Source: Takakia lepidozioides (Eukaryota > Plantae > Bryophyta). Taken from it: a stretch of DNA of 64,000 nucleotides. Within the stretch, counting starts at the first letter, position 1. Every line of letters begins with the position of its first letter. This document shows positions 36,801 through 49,800 of the stretch, piece after piece. Position numbers and translations under genes: made by a program. The notes under the pieces are model-generated. The model searched no databases. It was not told where the DNA came from and saw only the letters and a list, made by a program, of their open reading frames with translations. The stretch lies in contig CM060733.1 of assembly GCA_030704615.1 (NCBI GenBank), forward strand, positions 74,152,001-74,216,000, read 5' to 3'.

Positions 36801-38039
36801 GGGCCCGGCCGCACCTGCCGGTTTGCTAACCGAAGGCTAACTGGTCAGTTACGTGACTGGCCGAATAGCTAATTAATCGCCGGCCGCACATGCTAGTTAA
36901 GTTTAACTGGTGCAACGCGGTTTGTTAGCCGCGCTGCTGTCCGAACTGGTTTCCTGCCCGCACGATGGCATCGCCATTTTCTCTCTCCCCGTGTGCACAA
37001 ACTATGTCTGTGGCTCTGTCCAACCTATATCATTGTGAATCCAGGACCTTAAAATATGCAGGATCTTCATTCACATATGGCAGCCGTTTTCAAGCTAATG
37101 ATGAATGCCAGGGACCTCCAAACAAACATGGAAAATAGTAGGGTCCACTTTAACCAATCCAGCCAGGGCTTAGCAAACCGGCCTGATCTGTTGTATGATG
37201 ACTGTATGTTTGAGTTTGTGTTTTGTAAGACTTCAGCTCTCTTGAGCAGTATCAATGGCCACTAATTGCAGCCAAGGCCCCAGCAAGTGCTGGTAAAAGT
37301 TCATTAATCGTCAATAGCTGTGCATTCGCTTCGTAGAAAGGCTTTTGTATCTCCTTGACAAAAGAAGGAGGATTCAGCCCAGTCAGGGTGGCGGATTCCC
37401 CTTAAAGATCTCTGCGAGGTTACACATCACTGTTGCCTGGATGCTTACATCCCCCACATTAATGCATATTGCCATTAACAGAATAAATAAGTGTAAAACA
37501 GCCAGCGACAAAACCTTTACATGTAGTCAAGTTTTGCAAGGTGTAGCCAAGCTTCGTGTTGGTGCATGTCAAAGAGAAGAAATAGAATCAGATCAACCAT
37601 GCGGTCCAGAGTGCCTGCAAGGTTGGGTATGATTATGTGCCTTGAAGCTTCTTGTCGAGTTAGCTCTTGGTTCTTGACTGTGCCCGCATGCAATGTACAG
37701 ATTCATAATCCGAATGTATATCTGATAGACCAGCGGAAAAGTTGGATTGCTCCCAACCAACTATTTAATAAAGAATACGATGGCCCCTGCACTCTGATTC
37801 ATGATAGAACGAGTTCACGAGAATGCTTGCTCCACTGCCCGATTTTTAATTGTTGACCGAGGTTTAACACCTCCATGGAGGAGGTGTTAAATCTCGGCCT
37901 CTCCCCGTTACAGATTTTAATGTCAGTTAATCGCCGGTTAGCTAACGGGCGACGTTATCGGCAAGTGCGGCCGTCACCGTGTCATTAACACCAATTAGCT
38001 AACCTAATTGACTTCCTAACTGACAGGTGCGGCTGGGGC
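36801..38039. mobile_element. PIF/Harbinger-like non-autonomous element
   Basis: Imperfect ~22-bp TIRs with core GCCGCACCTG; TAA on both sides (36798-36800 and 38040-38042); subterminal GCTAAC/GTTAA motifs. Confidence 0.62.
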
Positions 38040-38657
38040 TAAGTAACCCTATATAAGCCTATGAATATTTACATGTGTAAAATTCATTTATGGGTCTTAT
38101 CCAATCAAGGTACATTCAAGCTAACATTTTAGTGGGGGAGGATTATCTGCCTCATGTAGGTATTAGGTATCTAGTGGAGGTATAGCAGGATTTTACTCAT
38201 TTTTGGCACCAATGGGTGGTCTCTCCCTTATAGGGAGGAGCCAATAAATAAATAAAAACACTGATATGTACCTAGCTAGCTCGCTATCTACTTCTCCGCC
38301 GTCGAAATGGTCCACCGCCACAAACTCATCCAAAAATCAACGCACACATCCATCCGCCCGACCGGACTAGCGATGCGGGCAAGGTTTGTGAGGAAGCAGC
38401 GATGGCGTGTGTGGGGGGAAGAGAGAGGCAGGGGTTGGCAGGGACGTAAGGGCCACTGTAGACGCATACACATCTGAAGCTTTGACATCTGACTAAAATT
38501 TGGTAGGTTTGGTTATCTCTCTTCTTCTCGCTCATTTGTGTGGCTTCGAGTACGTGCGATCAAACCCTAGTTTTTTTCCTGCCTAGTCTTTTTGCGTTTT
38601 CCAGGCTTTTGCTGTTGTATCTGTGAGTGTGCTTGTTTGGAACGTACGCAGTCAGCC

Positions 38658-40433
38658 ATGCCCTACGTACCTCCACATTTACGGGCGGGAGCCGCCAGTA
38701 ATGCAATAGAGGTGTTAGGAACCCGGGATAATGGCCGTAGTGGGAGCAGAGACTATGGAAGTGGTGGGAGAGACTACGGAGGCGGTGGCAGGGATTCTGG
38801 AGGCAGCAGAGACTACGGGGGAAGTTTTGGGGGCTCGCGGAGGGACTCACGCGATGTGGCCAATGGTGGTCATGGCAATGGTTCGAGTAGAGATAGTAGA
38901 GACGGAGGTTCATCTCTGAAAAAGGGAGAGGGGAGAGGTGTGGCATTGCCTGATGTGGTGTGGCCAAAATGGCAGCCATCAGAGCGCATTCGTCGTTTGC
39001 AAGAGGACCAGATTGGAGAGGTGAGGGCGCGGCTGAACGTGGATGTTGAGATAACACCAGGCACGCCTCCGGCGTCTGCCCCCATTGAATCTTTTGAAGA
39101 TATGTGTCTCCATGCCAGCATCATGAAAGACATCACCTTTCACGAGTATACTACTCCCCACCCCATCCAAGCACAGGCCCTGCCGGTGGCTCTGTCAGGA
39201 CGTGACCTGCTGGGGTGTGCCGAGACCGGCAGCGGGAAAACTGCAGCTTTTGCTCTTCCTATGATTCAGCATTGTCTGATGCAACCTCCTGTCCGACGTG
39301 GTGATGGGCCGCTGGCATTAGTCTTGGCACCAACCAGGGAGCTGGCCCAACAGATTGAGAAGGAGGTGAAGGCTTTCAGCCGATCAGCGGATGGCTTCAA
39401 AACTGCAATTGTAGTAGGGGGCACCAACATTGGTGAACAGCGTTCCGAGCTGAGAGGGGGAGTGGAGGTAGTGGTGGCGACACCAGGTCGCTTCATTGAC
39501 CATTTACAGCAGGGTAACAGTTCGCTGACCAGGGTGTCATATGTTGTGTTGGACGAAGCAGATCGAATGTTGGACATGGGGTTTGAACCCCAGATTAGAG
39601 AGGTAATGAGGAACCTTCCAAAGAAGCATCAAACACTGCTGTTCAGTGCGACTATGCCTGAGGAGATTGAAGCTCTTGCACAGGAGTATCTGAACCAACC
39701 TATAAGGGTGAAAGTTGGAAGAGTGAGCAGCCCTACTGCCAATGTTACCCAGACCCTGGAAAAAGTAACTGAGAAAGAAAAGATAGACAACTTGCTGGCG
39801 CTGCTGGTGGAGGAGGCAGCACAAACAGAGAAGGCTAGTCAACCATCTCCTCTCACCATCGTGTTTGTGGAGCGCAAGGCAAGGTGTGATGAGGTCACTG
39901 ATGCATTGGTGGAGCAGGGTCTCAAGGCTACAGCGCTGCATGGAGGCCGAAGCCAAAGTGAAAGGGAAGCTGCACTCCGCGATTTCAGGAAGGGAACCAC
40001 CAGCATTCTTGTGGCAACAGATGTTGCATCTCGAGGTCTTGATGTTACAGGTGTTGCGCATGTAGTCAATTTAGACCTTCCAAGGACAATGGAGGATTAT
40101 GTGCATCGAATTGGAAGAACAGGCCGTGCAGGTGCCTCAGGGCGTGCCACCTCATTCTATACAGATCGCGATGTTTTTCTGGTTGCCCAAATTCGAAGGG
40201 CAATCACAGAGGCAGAATCAGGGAACACTATGGCATTCGCAACTGGGAAGGCTGCAAGAAGGAAGGAAAGGGAGCAAGCAGCAGCATTCCGAGAGGGAAG
40301 GCTTGCTCCAGTGAGAGTGGCACAGATCGGGGCCACAACTGTGCGGGTGGACGACAAATATAAGCATATGTTGGCTCCATCAGTGGATACCAAGAAGGGT
40401 GAAGGAGCAGCAGATGATGCTTGGGAAGACTAA
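38658..40433 (+). CDS. DEAD-box ATP-dependent RNA helicase, DBP2/DDX5-like, 591 aa, intronless CDS
   Basis: Starts MPYVPPHLR; Q motif, AETGSGKT, PTRELA, TPGR, DEAD, SAT and HRIGRTGRAG all intact. A 5' UTR intron ending ...CGCAG at 38651 is possible. Confidence 0.96.
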   Translation: MPYVPPHLRAGAASNAIEVLGTRDNGRSGSRDYGSGGRDYGGGGRDSGGSRDYGGSFGGSRRDSRDVANGGHGNGSSRDSRDGGSSLKKGEGRGVALPDVVWPKWQPSERIRRLQEDQIGEVRARLNVDVEITPGTPPASAPIESFEDMCLHASIMKDITFHEYTTPHPIQAQALPVALSGRDLLGCAETGSGKTAAFALPMIQHCLMQPPVRRGDGPLALVLAPTRELAQQIEKEVKAFSRSADGFKTAIVVGGTNIGEQRSELRGGVEVVVATPGRFIDHLQQGNSSLTRVSYVVLDEADRMLDMGFEPQIREVMRNLPKKHQTLLFSATMPEEIEALAQEYLNQPIRVKVGRVSSPTANVTQTLEKVTEKEKIDNLLALLVEEAAQTEKASQPSPLTIVFVERKARCDEVTDALVEQGLKATALHGGRSQSEREAALRDFRKGTTSILVATDVASRGLDVTGVAHVVNLDLPRTMEDYVHRIGRTGRAGASGRATSFYTDRDVFLVAQIRRAITEAESGNTMAFATGKAARRKEREQAAAFREGRLAPVRVAQIGATTVRVDDKYKHMLAPSVDTKKGEGAADDAWED

Positions 40434-40829
40434 TCTGTGGTAGGCCAGATTACCTGCTATCTTTCTGAAGCAAACACTATGGAACCGCTCTCAGTCTATC
40501 TATTTCTTCTGAAAAGGAAGCAAAATGTCTGATCTTCTCTCTTCTTCCCTCACTCGCTGTAATTCCACAGTGAATGTTATTGTGATTTAGCCCTCCCTCT
40601 GCCTCTTGCGTCAGAAAGCTATTTTTCAAAGGAATATACAGCCATGGCGGCATTATGGAATGAAATATATATGCATCCATTCTTATCCCTTTATCCTTTC
40701 AATGATCATGGCTAGTAAACCCCACTCTAATCAAGTTTTCAGAGAGCAGTGAAAGCAAAAGAAGAATAGCATTAGCCACCAGATTATCTGCAACATGCGG
40801 CCAATTTTGTAGGATGTTTGTTTCTGGAT

Positions 40830-41700
40830 AGGTTTGAGTTTCATTTTTACATTTGGTTTGAACTGGTCCATTAGGTATCCTAAATAATCAGATGCTATTA
40901 AAAAAAGGAAGGGAGAAAGGGGACAACCCTGCCTTCCAGACCGCAGCGGTGGAAAGGAGTTGGAGAGGTGCCCATCGGGTAAGACCCTGCTTGAACCAGA
41001 GAACAGGAGGATTTTAATCCGTTCCAAGAACTCACTGTGGATGCCACATTTTCGAATGTCCTGTAACAAGAAATCCAAGTGTATCCTATCATCGAACATG
41101 AGTAAGGCCAGGGGCTGGTTAGAAGAGGAGGCAAAATGTAGAGCTTCGTTAGCTACGAATATTATGTTTTCTAGAATCATTCGCCTCTTGACAAAACCTG
41201 TTTGCTCCGGTCTAATCATAGAGGGCAAAACTTTCTGAAGCCTAATCTCTAGTGCCTTAGTGATAATTTATAGGCCACCTTTCATAAAATGGATGGGGTG
41301 GTAGTTAGCTATATTCTCTTGTTCTCTCTTTTTTGTATATAAGTGCTATTATACCTTGAGACATTTGTGATGGCATTATTTTCTTATTAAGGATAATGTT
41401 TGCCATGTGAAGGAAATCTTCAGAATTGTGATCCAAAGGGATTTATAGAATTCCGCCGAAATTCCGTCCATCCTTGGGATTTTAGATCTTTAAGACCTCA
41501 AAGGGCATCCTGGAAGACTTCCATCGAGAATTCAATGTTCAAGAAGGCTGATTGTCTCGAGTTAGAATTGGGGGATCTTACTGCAAACCAAGTCCCTAGC
41601 CTTGGTACCCTCCACTGTAAATAGCGCAGTGAAGAAGGATGCAGCTATGGCAGACATCTTCTTAGGTTGAGAGGGAGAGACATTCAAGTTATCCTTTAGG
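40830..41700 (-). mobile_element. Decayed L1-type LINE RT fragment
   Basis: IRPEQTGFVKRRMILENI and RQGCPLSPFLF. Confidence 0.8.
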
Positions 41701-41708
41701 TTAAGAAA

Positions 41709-42774
41709 AGAGAGAGAAGACTCCTGCCGAAGCCGGCATAACTAAGAGCCACTTCGCCTTGCAGCTACTGCCCCATTTCGCGGGGGTGGGCCCTATGAAG
41801 AAAGCAGGTGTCCAGGGGACACCGAGTAACCGAAGGGAAGATGGTACCAATGGTACCTAGGGTATTGTAGGATACCTATGGGTACCGAGAATACCTAGGG
41901 AGTTGGGGGAGGGTTGGATTCAAGTTGTCGTTTGTTGGTAATGATAGCTGTGAAAGAACGAAGCGTTGTGAGGTGTATGGCTTTAAAGCATTTACGATAG
42001 GGGTAATGGGAATTTTAAAGTTTTTATGGAGTGCAGAGATATTGGCATTGTGGATGTCCCCTCTAGTGTCAGCGGTGATGACAGTAAGTGGGCATGTTAC
42101 CTAGCCCCGTTGGCAGATAACAAGGATGAGCGGGGCATATTTCTGGCATTTTTCAAGAGTTGATGAGCTGGGATAGCGGTCATGACAGTATGTGAATTCG
42201 ATAAAGTGTATGGTGAGGGTTGGGGATGGGGCAGTGGCCGGAGGGGCGTTTATGGGAAGGCCATGGACTAGCAGAATGTTTGGGCATAGTCTGGCGGAAC
42301 ATGTACAAGATAAGTGGGGTCGACAAACACAGGGGCGTAGCCATGTTGGTACAGTATGGTCGGAAGTCTACCTTGGTAGGTGTCGGCATTAATAAGCGAG
42401 AACCATTAGTTTCAATGCGGCGTAGTAGGAGTTTATGAATATGTCAGACTGCGTGGTTATGCCTAGTAATACGAAGGCCGTAGATGACAGGGTGAGGACA
42501 CTGGCTAAGGAGGTGGGGCCAGGTATCACGGGTCGCGTGGATGTGGGAGTAGAGTGGGCAGTGCGGGGATGGGTAAAGGTGTGGCCAAAAAATGTGCTTA
42601 CCTGGTGGGCATATCTGAATTTGAGTGTTTGTCGTATTTGTACATCAGTTGCGGCTTGAGTGTGTCGAAAATGGTTTGACAGCTTATGATGGAGTACGGT
42701 GGAATGCGTCCATTTTTTATATGTATTTTGGTATGACTAATAGAAGCTGAGGCTTGTTTGTTGGCTTCTCGAGT
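41709..42774 (-). mobile_element. 3' fragment of the Dualen-like LINE (zinc finger, RLE region, structured tail)
   Basis: QIRQTLKFRYAHQ, HFIEFTYCHDRYP; tail at 41709-41796. Confidence 0.85.
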
Positions 42775-43640
42775 AGAGATAAGACTCCGGTCGGAGGACC
42801 GGCGTAAATAAGAGCCATTTCGCCTTGCGGCTACTGCTCCCTTTTGGGGGTAGGCCCTATAGAAAAAGCGGAGCATGTTTTTGTCGTTTGTCTAACGTGG
42901 AGGAATTGGGGTAGAGATCGTGGCAGATGTGAATTCAATAAAGTGGATAGTGAGGTTTGGGGATGGTGCATTGGGTGGCGTGACATGTATGGGCAGAACC
43001 TGTATAAGTAGAATATTCGGATATAATCTAGCAGGGCATGTGCAAAGTGAGTGGGGCCGGCAAGTGCATAGGAGTAGCCATGATGGTACAGTGTGATCAG
43101 GAGGTCTGCCTTGGTATGTACCAGCGTTGATGAGTGAGAACCAACGAGTTTATGATGCGACGTGGAGAAGTTTATGGATGTGCCAAACTGCATGGTTATG
43201 CCGAGTTATATGGAGTCCATGAATGACGGGGTGAGTACATTCGCTGAGGAGGTGGGGCCAGGGGATCACGGACCATGTGGGTGTGGGAGCAAAGTGGACA
43301 ATTTGGGGATGGGTATAGGCTTGACCAGAAGATATGTTTGCGTTGGTAGCCCATGTACTGTGCATATTTAAATTTGAGAATTTGACGTATTTGTGCATCA
43401 GTTGCAGATTTGGTGTGCCAGAAGTGGTTTGATAATTTGTGATTAATAATTTTGATAATTTAGAAGTGTGGATTGCGTCCATTTTGGGATGTGAATTTTG
43501 GTGTGACTAATAGAGGCCGAGGCTTGTTTATTAGCCTCCCGAGTAAGTACGGTTAAGATGTTGCATATTGGTCTAGGCTCAGGGGGGTCTGGAACGGGGT
43601 GTATGAGCCAGAATGGGTGGATGTGTGCAATGTGAATGGG
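42775..43640 (-). mobile_element. Second, diverged Dualen-like 3' fragment, head-to-tail with the first
   Basis: WPHLLSECTHPVIHGLHITRHNHAVWHIHKLL; tail variant at 42775-42862. Confidence 0.82.
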
Positions 43641-43739
43641 GTACGATGGGGGCCAAAGACACTAAAATCGTCCAAAAATACCTATATGAAATCATTGAGA
43701 TAGCTTTCTGATACTACTCTCTGAAACGTTGCAGGTGCG

Positions 43740-45880
43740 TCGCAAAGTCCAAATGGCATGACTTTATAGGCATAAGCTCCTCATTCAGTGATGAATGTGG
43801 TCTTCTCTCGGTCTTCCTCTGTCATCTGTACCTAATTGTACCCACTGAATCCATCCATGAATAAGTACATCCCGTGTCCTGTCACCGTGTCCAACACTAT
43901 CTCTGTGAAAAGTAGTGGAAACGGGTCCTCATTGGTTCCTGTATTCAGTTTGCGGTATCTTTGGCACTATTACAATGGGAGATAACCATTGAGGTGTCTC
44001 CACTCGATATATGAATCCTGCATCCAATAATTTCTTGATTTCTTCCCAAACCTTAGCTGCATAGTTGGGGTTCATTCTGTACTGTTCTGTCGAACAGGTT
44101 TAGTATCCACTTCCAGTTCAATTCGGTGCTGACAAATACTCTGAGGTATTCCCGTCAGATCCTTATAGCTCCAAGCGAATACATCTTGTATTCGGTGAAT
44201 AGTGCAATGGCTTCATGGAGAAATGATTCTTCCAGGCCTGCACTCACTCATATTATCTTTGGGTCTTCCTTTGTACCAAGATTCACTTGAATCAGTTGAG
44301 TTTCTTCCGTTACTATCCAGCCCGCAATTTTTTGTCCTATGGTAGCAATCATGGCTGGTACTTCACTGACGCTCATGGGGGGTCACTATATGTATTTTTT
44401 TTCATATCACGTGCGTACAAAGGTATATTTATATTAGGCTATATTTTTAGAATTTTGCAATTTTTTCCACCCTATCTTTAGGTAATATTGTAAAACCCTT
44501 TGTTTTCTAACACTCTATTTTTCTTTATAATTTTTTTTTGCAACAATTAATTAGACCATATTTTAAATTATCATTTTAAATAATTATAAAATTTCAAAGC
44601 ATGTACACAAACAAGTACATTCCATATAACATAAGTCAAATGCCAGACCCAAGAAAAAATTTAATTTTCATTAGCCACGAACTCATTCAAAACTGCAACA
44701 TCACTTGGATCTAAAGAGTATAAGTCTTGAGATGCTTCAAATGCCATAGTCACTGTTGAGATTATGGTATCAACATCAATCCACTGTGTATCACTAGAAT
44801 CATATTTGAACTTCAGGTGACCTCTACCTGATTTCGTCCTGATGGATTAGAGCTGGATGCAATATGAGAAACTTCACAAGGATGGATACATTATACTGTA
44901 GATAAAACCCTTTATTACATTAATTTTTTAAGTTAAATTCTGGATTTTTTGTGACATTTAAAAAAAAAAAAAAGGTGAAAGGATATTGCCTTACCATATT
45001 TTATAAGTAAAACTTTTCTAAAATTTACGTCAAAAAAATAAATTGCACCCTATATTTGTTCTCACGTGGTTTTGAAAATACGGGGAGTGACCCCCCCAAG
45101 CTGACGCTGATATCCTCCTCTCTTTCTTGATAGAAACGAGCTGGGTGTTGAGGCGTGTCCATGGTTAACTCTTCAGGGTCGTCCGTTTCTGGATTACTTG
45201 TTCTTACTAGTGGGTTTACCATGTGGCACCCCACCGTTGTGGCCTCCATGACCACTAGTTGACCAATAGGTTCTAGCTGTGGATGCGTTGCATACACCGT
45301 AGCTTCTTCTTCTTCCGACAATCCACTAGACCAATCATATTCCTCCACTAGGCAGGGTCGTTTCTCTCATGGAATCGAACCCCGTTGCTTAGTGGTAATA
45401 ATAACTCGTTCCGACCTTTTCTTGATTGTGAGGGTTTGACTTTCCCAATCGTGGTGAGATTGGGCTTGAGTCAACCACGGTCTTCCAAGGGGTAATGAAT
45501 ACCCTTCTGCCACATCTTCCATTCTGAGAATGGTCACTGAAACTTCGTATACCAGTCCTGCTACTTCCATTGCTAGGCATCTGATGATACCCAATGTTTG
45601 TATTTTCCGTTGATCTGCCATTCATACTGTGAATGGAACAGGTTCCATATGCCCCAAACCCAATGATTTCTTCATTTTTCAGTCATTATATTAACTCCCG
45701 AACCTCCGTCAATGCGTACATCAGTCACCAATTTCCATCGGATACGTACTTATAACACGTGTATTGCTTCGTCGTAGTCCTGGACTCGTGGTGCAGTTGT
45801 GGGTTTAATCGTGTAAACCTCTGATACTGGTATCATTTTTGGTGTAGTGGTCAAAGCCTCAATTGCCCTACGTCCTCTGT
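43740..45880 (-). mobile_element. Old non-chromovirus Ty3/Gypsy fragment (protease-RT)
   Basis: VRIDGGSGVNIM; FMDGFSGYN...EKTTFIT...YKVMPFGL. Many stops. Confidence 0.8.
44374..45100. mobile_element. hAT-like MITE inserted in the old Gypsy fragment
   Basis: 8-bp TSD CTGACGCT at 44366-44373 and 45101-45108; TIRs CATGGGGGGTCACT / AGTGACCCCCCCAAG; AT-rich core. Confidence 0.88.
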
Positions 45881-45899
45881 GCGGGGAAGCTGAGGTGCC

Positions 45900-46790
45900 T
45901 CAATCCCGCCTGCTTCCACTTTCCTCCAGCATAGCAATCTCTTGAGCAGTGAGACTTGTGCCCACCTTCACAGGCCACACGCTTGGTGGAGGAGGCTTCA
46001 TGACCACCGAAGGCCACACAGCCCCACGCACGCATCTACCACAGTCGTCAGCGCAGAACCAGAACTTGTGGTTCTTTGCCCTCTCCTTGTCCGTAAGGGC
46101 GAAACAAACTGAAGTCCGCTCTTTGCCTCTGGATATGAAAGATGCGCACTTTTCAAATGTGGTGCCCCTGATCGCTGCACATTTTACTCGTGATCCAGCA
46201 CTGGTGCCTTCTATATGCCAAACCTCGTCGAAGCACATGGACTCCACCCCATCCGGCAGCATGTTGTGTTCTTGAACCATTGCAGTCACAGTGCTTGATG
46301 TTGGGGTCTGGCATGGTGCCCAAGGCTCCTCTCCAGTGGAGGTTCCAAAAATCCATTGCGGATGCAAGGGAACACGTGGCGTGGAGAAGTTGTTCATGTC
46401 CGTCCTATGGGAATCTACATCCGAACCAGGAGGGGCATCCAATTTCGTTTGCAGGACCCGAATCTCTCTTCGCCTTCCAGATGCGGAACTCTAGACACAA
46501 GAGGGGTACCATCCGCACACATGCTCACCGCCCTAGCTATTTTACTTGGATCCCCTGATCTTGTTGCCACCCGCAACATCAACTCGCTCTTGTCGGGACC
46601 TTTGCCACCAACCCCACCCCTCAAGAATTCCCTGTATCTGGTTTGTTGCTGGAGAGCACGCGTGAGGTCATCGGCCGTCGCCACATACAAATCTCTTCCC
46701 TGTTTTCCAGACTGCTGCAATCAAGCATTATGCACTGTCTCCATAAGATTGCAAGATGGCATGTCCGCCATCTCCTCAATGGACATGTGC
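45900..46790 (-). pseudogene. MULE-like transposase, C-terminal exon
   Basis: After the acceptor ...CTGTAG the frame reads HMSIEEMADMPSCNLMETVHNA*LQQSGK (candidate third catalytic Glu), then a Cys-rich C-terminus. Confidence 0.55.
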
Positions 46791-46831
46791 TACAGAATGG
46801 GAAAACACGTTTCAAATAGGAGGACATGCAG

Positions 46832-49800
46832 ACGAAAGGGGAAACTCCCGTTGCGGAGTGTTCTGTGTTATTATAACAGAACTCTGCCGCGTCTAAGTGT
46901 TCCACCCAGTCTGTTTGGTCTACCGACACGTAATTCCGCAAGATCTGCTTCACTACAGAATCCACTCTTTCCGTTTGGCCGTCGGTCGTAGGTCGGAAGG
47001 CGGTGCTCATCTTCAGCCTCGTCCCCATCTTCTTCCAAAGTGCCCTCCAAAATTTACTCGTAAACTTTGGATCGCGGTCCGAGACAATATCCTTCGGGAC
47101 TCCATGATGCTTTAAGACGTGGGCGAAGTAAAGTCGCCCTGTTTCCTGCGCCGTTGCTGTCTCCTTGAAATGGCCCATTTTACTGAACCTATCCACCACC
47201 ACCATGATTGCATCGAATCCTTTTGACGGCGGCATAGCAGTCAAGAAATCCATCGAGACGCTTTCCCAAGTCCCCTCTGGAATCGGCAAGGGTTGTAACA
47301 GCCCCGCTTGCTTTTTGTACTCGCTCCGGTTTTGTTGGCATGTGGTGCATGTCTTGACATACTCCTCTGCCTCCTCCCTGAGTTTGGGCCAGAAATACTC
47401 TTTCTTCAAGAGTGCCGCAGTGCGCTTGGCTCCGCCGTGGCCCGCAAGCGGGCTATCATGGCATTCTCTCAAGAGGCTATCTCTGATCCCTCCCTTCGGC
47501 ACGTAGAGACGCTTTTGCTTATACCGGAGCAGTCCATTTCGCAAGTGGAATTGCGATTTAACCCCCATCCTCAAGTCCTGCATCACGGACTTTGCCAGCT
47601 CATCATTCCGGCAAGCCTTCCGGATCTTCCTTTGGAGCGCCGTCTCACCCCTGTACACCAACCAGAGCTGCTGCTTTCTACTTAAAGCATCGGCCACCAC
47701 GTTGTCCCGTCCCAGTTTGTACTGGATATCCACGTCGAACACCGCCAAAGTGTCTTGCTACCTAAGTTGTTTTGGGGACAACTTGGGCTGCGTGGCAAAA
47801 TACTTCACCGTGACATTGTCCGTGAACACCTTCACTGGGTTGGAACCAACATAGTGGCGCCAAAGCTCAAGACAATGCACCACCGCCTTCATCTCTTTCT
47901 CGTGCGTCGGCCACCGTCGCTCCACTTCATTCAGTTTCTTACTTTCGTAAGCCACTGGACGTCCATCTTGCATCAGTACACCCCCAATCGCGAAGTCCGA
48001 CGCATCTGTATGAATCTCGAACGGACGATCAAACTCCGGGATTTTCAAGACTGGAGCTTCCGCCATCCGCTACTTCAATTCAGCAAAAGCTTGGCCACAA
48101 AAAGTGTTCCATGCCCATACTTTGGATTTACACAGAAGGTCTGACAGCAGCCCCGCGATCTTGGCGAAATTTCTCACATACTTCCGGAAATAGGAGGCGA
48201 TTCCTAGGAAGGATCGCACTCCCGGGACCGAAGTCGGAGGCTCCCGGTCCAAGATTGCCCTCACCTTCCTGTCATCCATTCTGATCCCATCCTGTGTAAT
48301 CACATGCCCCAGGAACTCCACTTTTGTGACCCCGAATTCGCACTTTGAAGTTTTGGCATACAGCTTCCCTTCCCGCAATTTCTGGAACACCCTTTTGAGG
48401 TGCTCCAGGTGCTCCTCCTTTGTTTTCGAATACACCAAGATGTCGTCGATGTAAACGATCACAAAGTCATCCAACCACTCCTGGAAAGGCGCTGGCGCGT
48501 GCTAAAGTCGCGGAGCGTTGGTAAGTCCAAAAGGCATCACCAAGAACTCATATGAACCATAATTGTCATGCACGCGGTCTTCTCCTCATCTCCTTCCGCC
48601 ACTCGAATTTGATGATAGCCGGAGCGCAGATCGATCCGGCTGAAATACTTCGCTCCTACCAACCGATTGAAAAGGTCGTCGATCCTTGAAAAATGGTACC
48701 GGTTTTTGATAGTCACCTTATTCAAAGCCTTGTAATGGACACACATCCGCAGCATCCCATCCTTCTTGTCTGCGAATAGCACCGGGGCTCCGTAAGGTGA
48801 CTTACTTGGCCGGATGTACCCCTTTGACATTAGATCTTGAGCTGAGTCTTCAGCTCGACCAACTCTCTGTGGCTCAACCGGTAGGGCGCCCTTGGCAGGC
48901 GGTTCTGATCCCGGTATCACCTCAATCTTGGTCAACACCTCTTCGCGTGGCAAGCCATTGGTAAATCCTCCGGCATCACATCCTGGTATTTTCTCCAAAA
49001 TCCCCTTGATCCAATCTGGGCTCGGCTCCCATCGCCTTCTCCCATCACTTCTCTAATGTAGAGCAAAAACTGGGGCTCGTGTGCCTCCTCCACGGCCCAC
49101 TTGCTGACAGAAGGTTTATTCGCCCTCCCACGGGTTTGGGCGTTTCTGACACTCGTAAGACCTCGCCACCATTCCCACATGGCAGCGTGACTACTCTCTT
49201 GCGGCCATCTATGACCGCTCCGGATTTGCTCAAAAAGGTCATCCCCAAAATGAGATCCACTCCATCGATCTCGCAGATGGTGAAGTTCTCACGTCCCTCC
49301 CAACTCCCCAGTTGAAGAGGAACATCAAACGCCAACCTTGTCGCCAATTGCGGTTCTCCTTTGGCAGAACGCACCTTAATAGAGGCCCCACGTCACTTGT
49401 CGGGAGTCCCAGCTTTTGTGCCGTTGCCGGTGTCATGAAGGAGTGCGACGCTCCTGTGTCCACCAACAACGACACGTTAGTTCTAGATATTATCCCATCC
49501 ACGAACAATAACTGACTCCCATTACGTAAGGCGCCAGTTTCCTGATACAACTCACAAGAAAATTTGCCTACCTTGCAAGTCCTGGCGACCACCGCTTCCA
49601 CCAAGCGACTGATGGTATCTTCCGACAGCTCTGTGGTTGCCTGAGTCATGTTCAATTGCCGGGGCTTCGTGCACTTCTTGGCCATGTGCCCGGGCTCCCC
49701 GCAATTGAAACACACTCCATCAAAGGTCGCCTTCTGTCCGCCATAGGCCGCTCCGCCCGCTTTTCCTTTCGAAGCACCGGGTGCCGCCTTGACTTGTGAG

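Noticed and set aside
38592-38657. N-terminal extension of the helicase in the ORF track
   Set aside because: It starts at TTG in pyrimidine-rich, intron-like sequence; ATG 38658 in GCCATG context gives the typical PYVPPHLR start.
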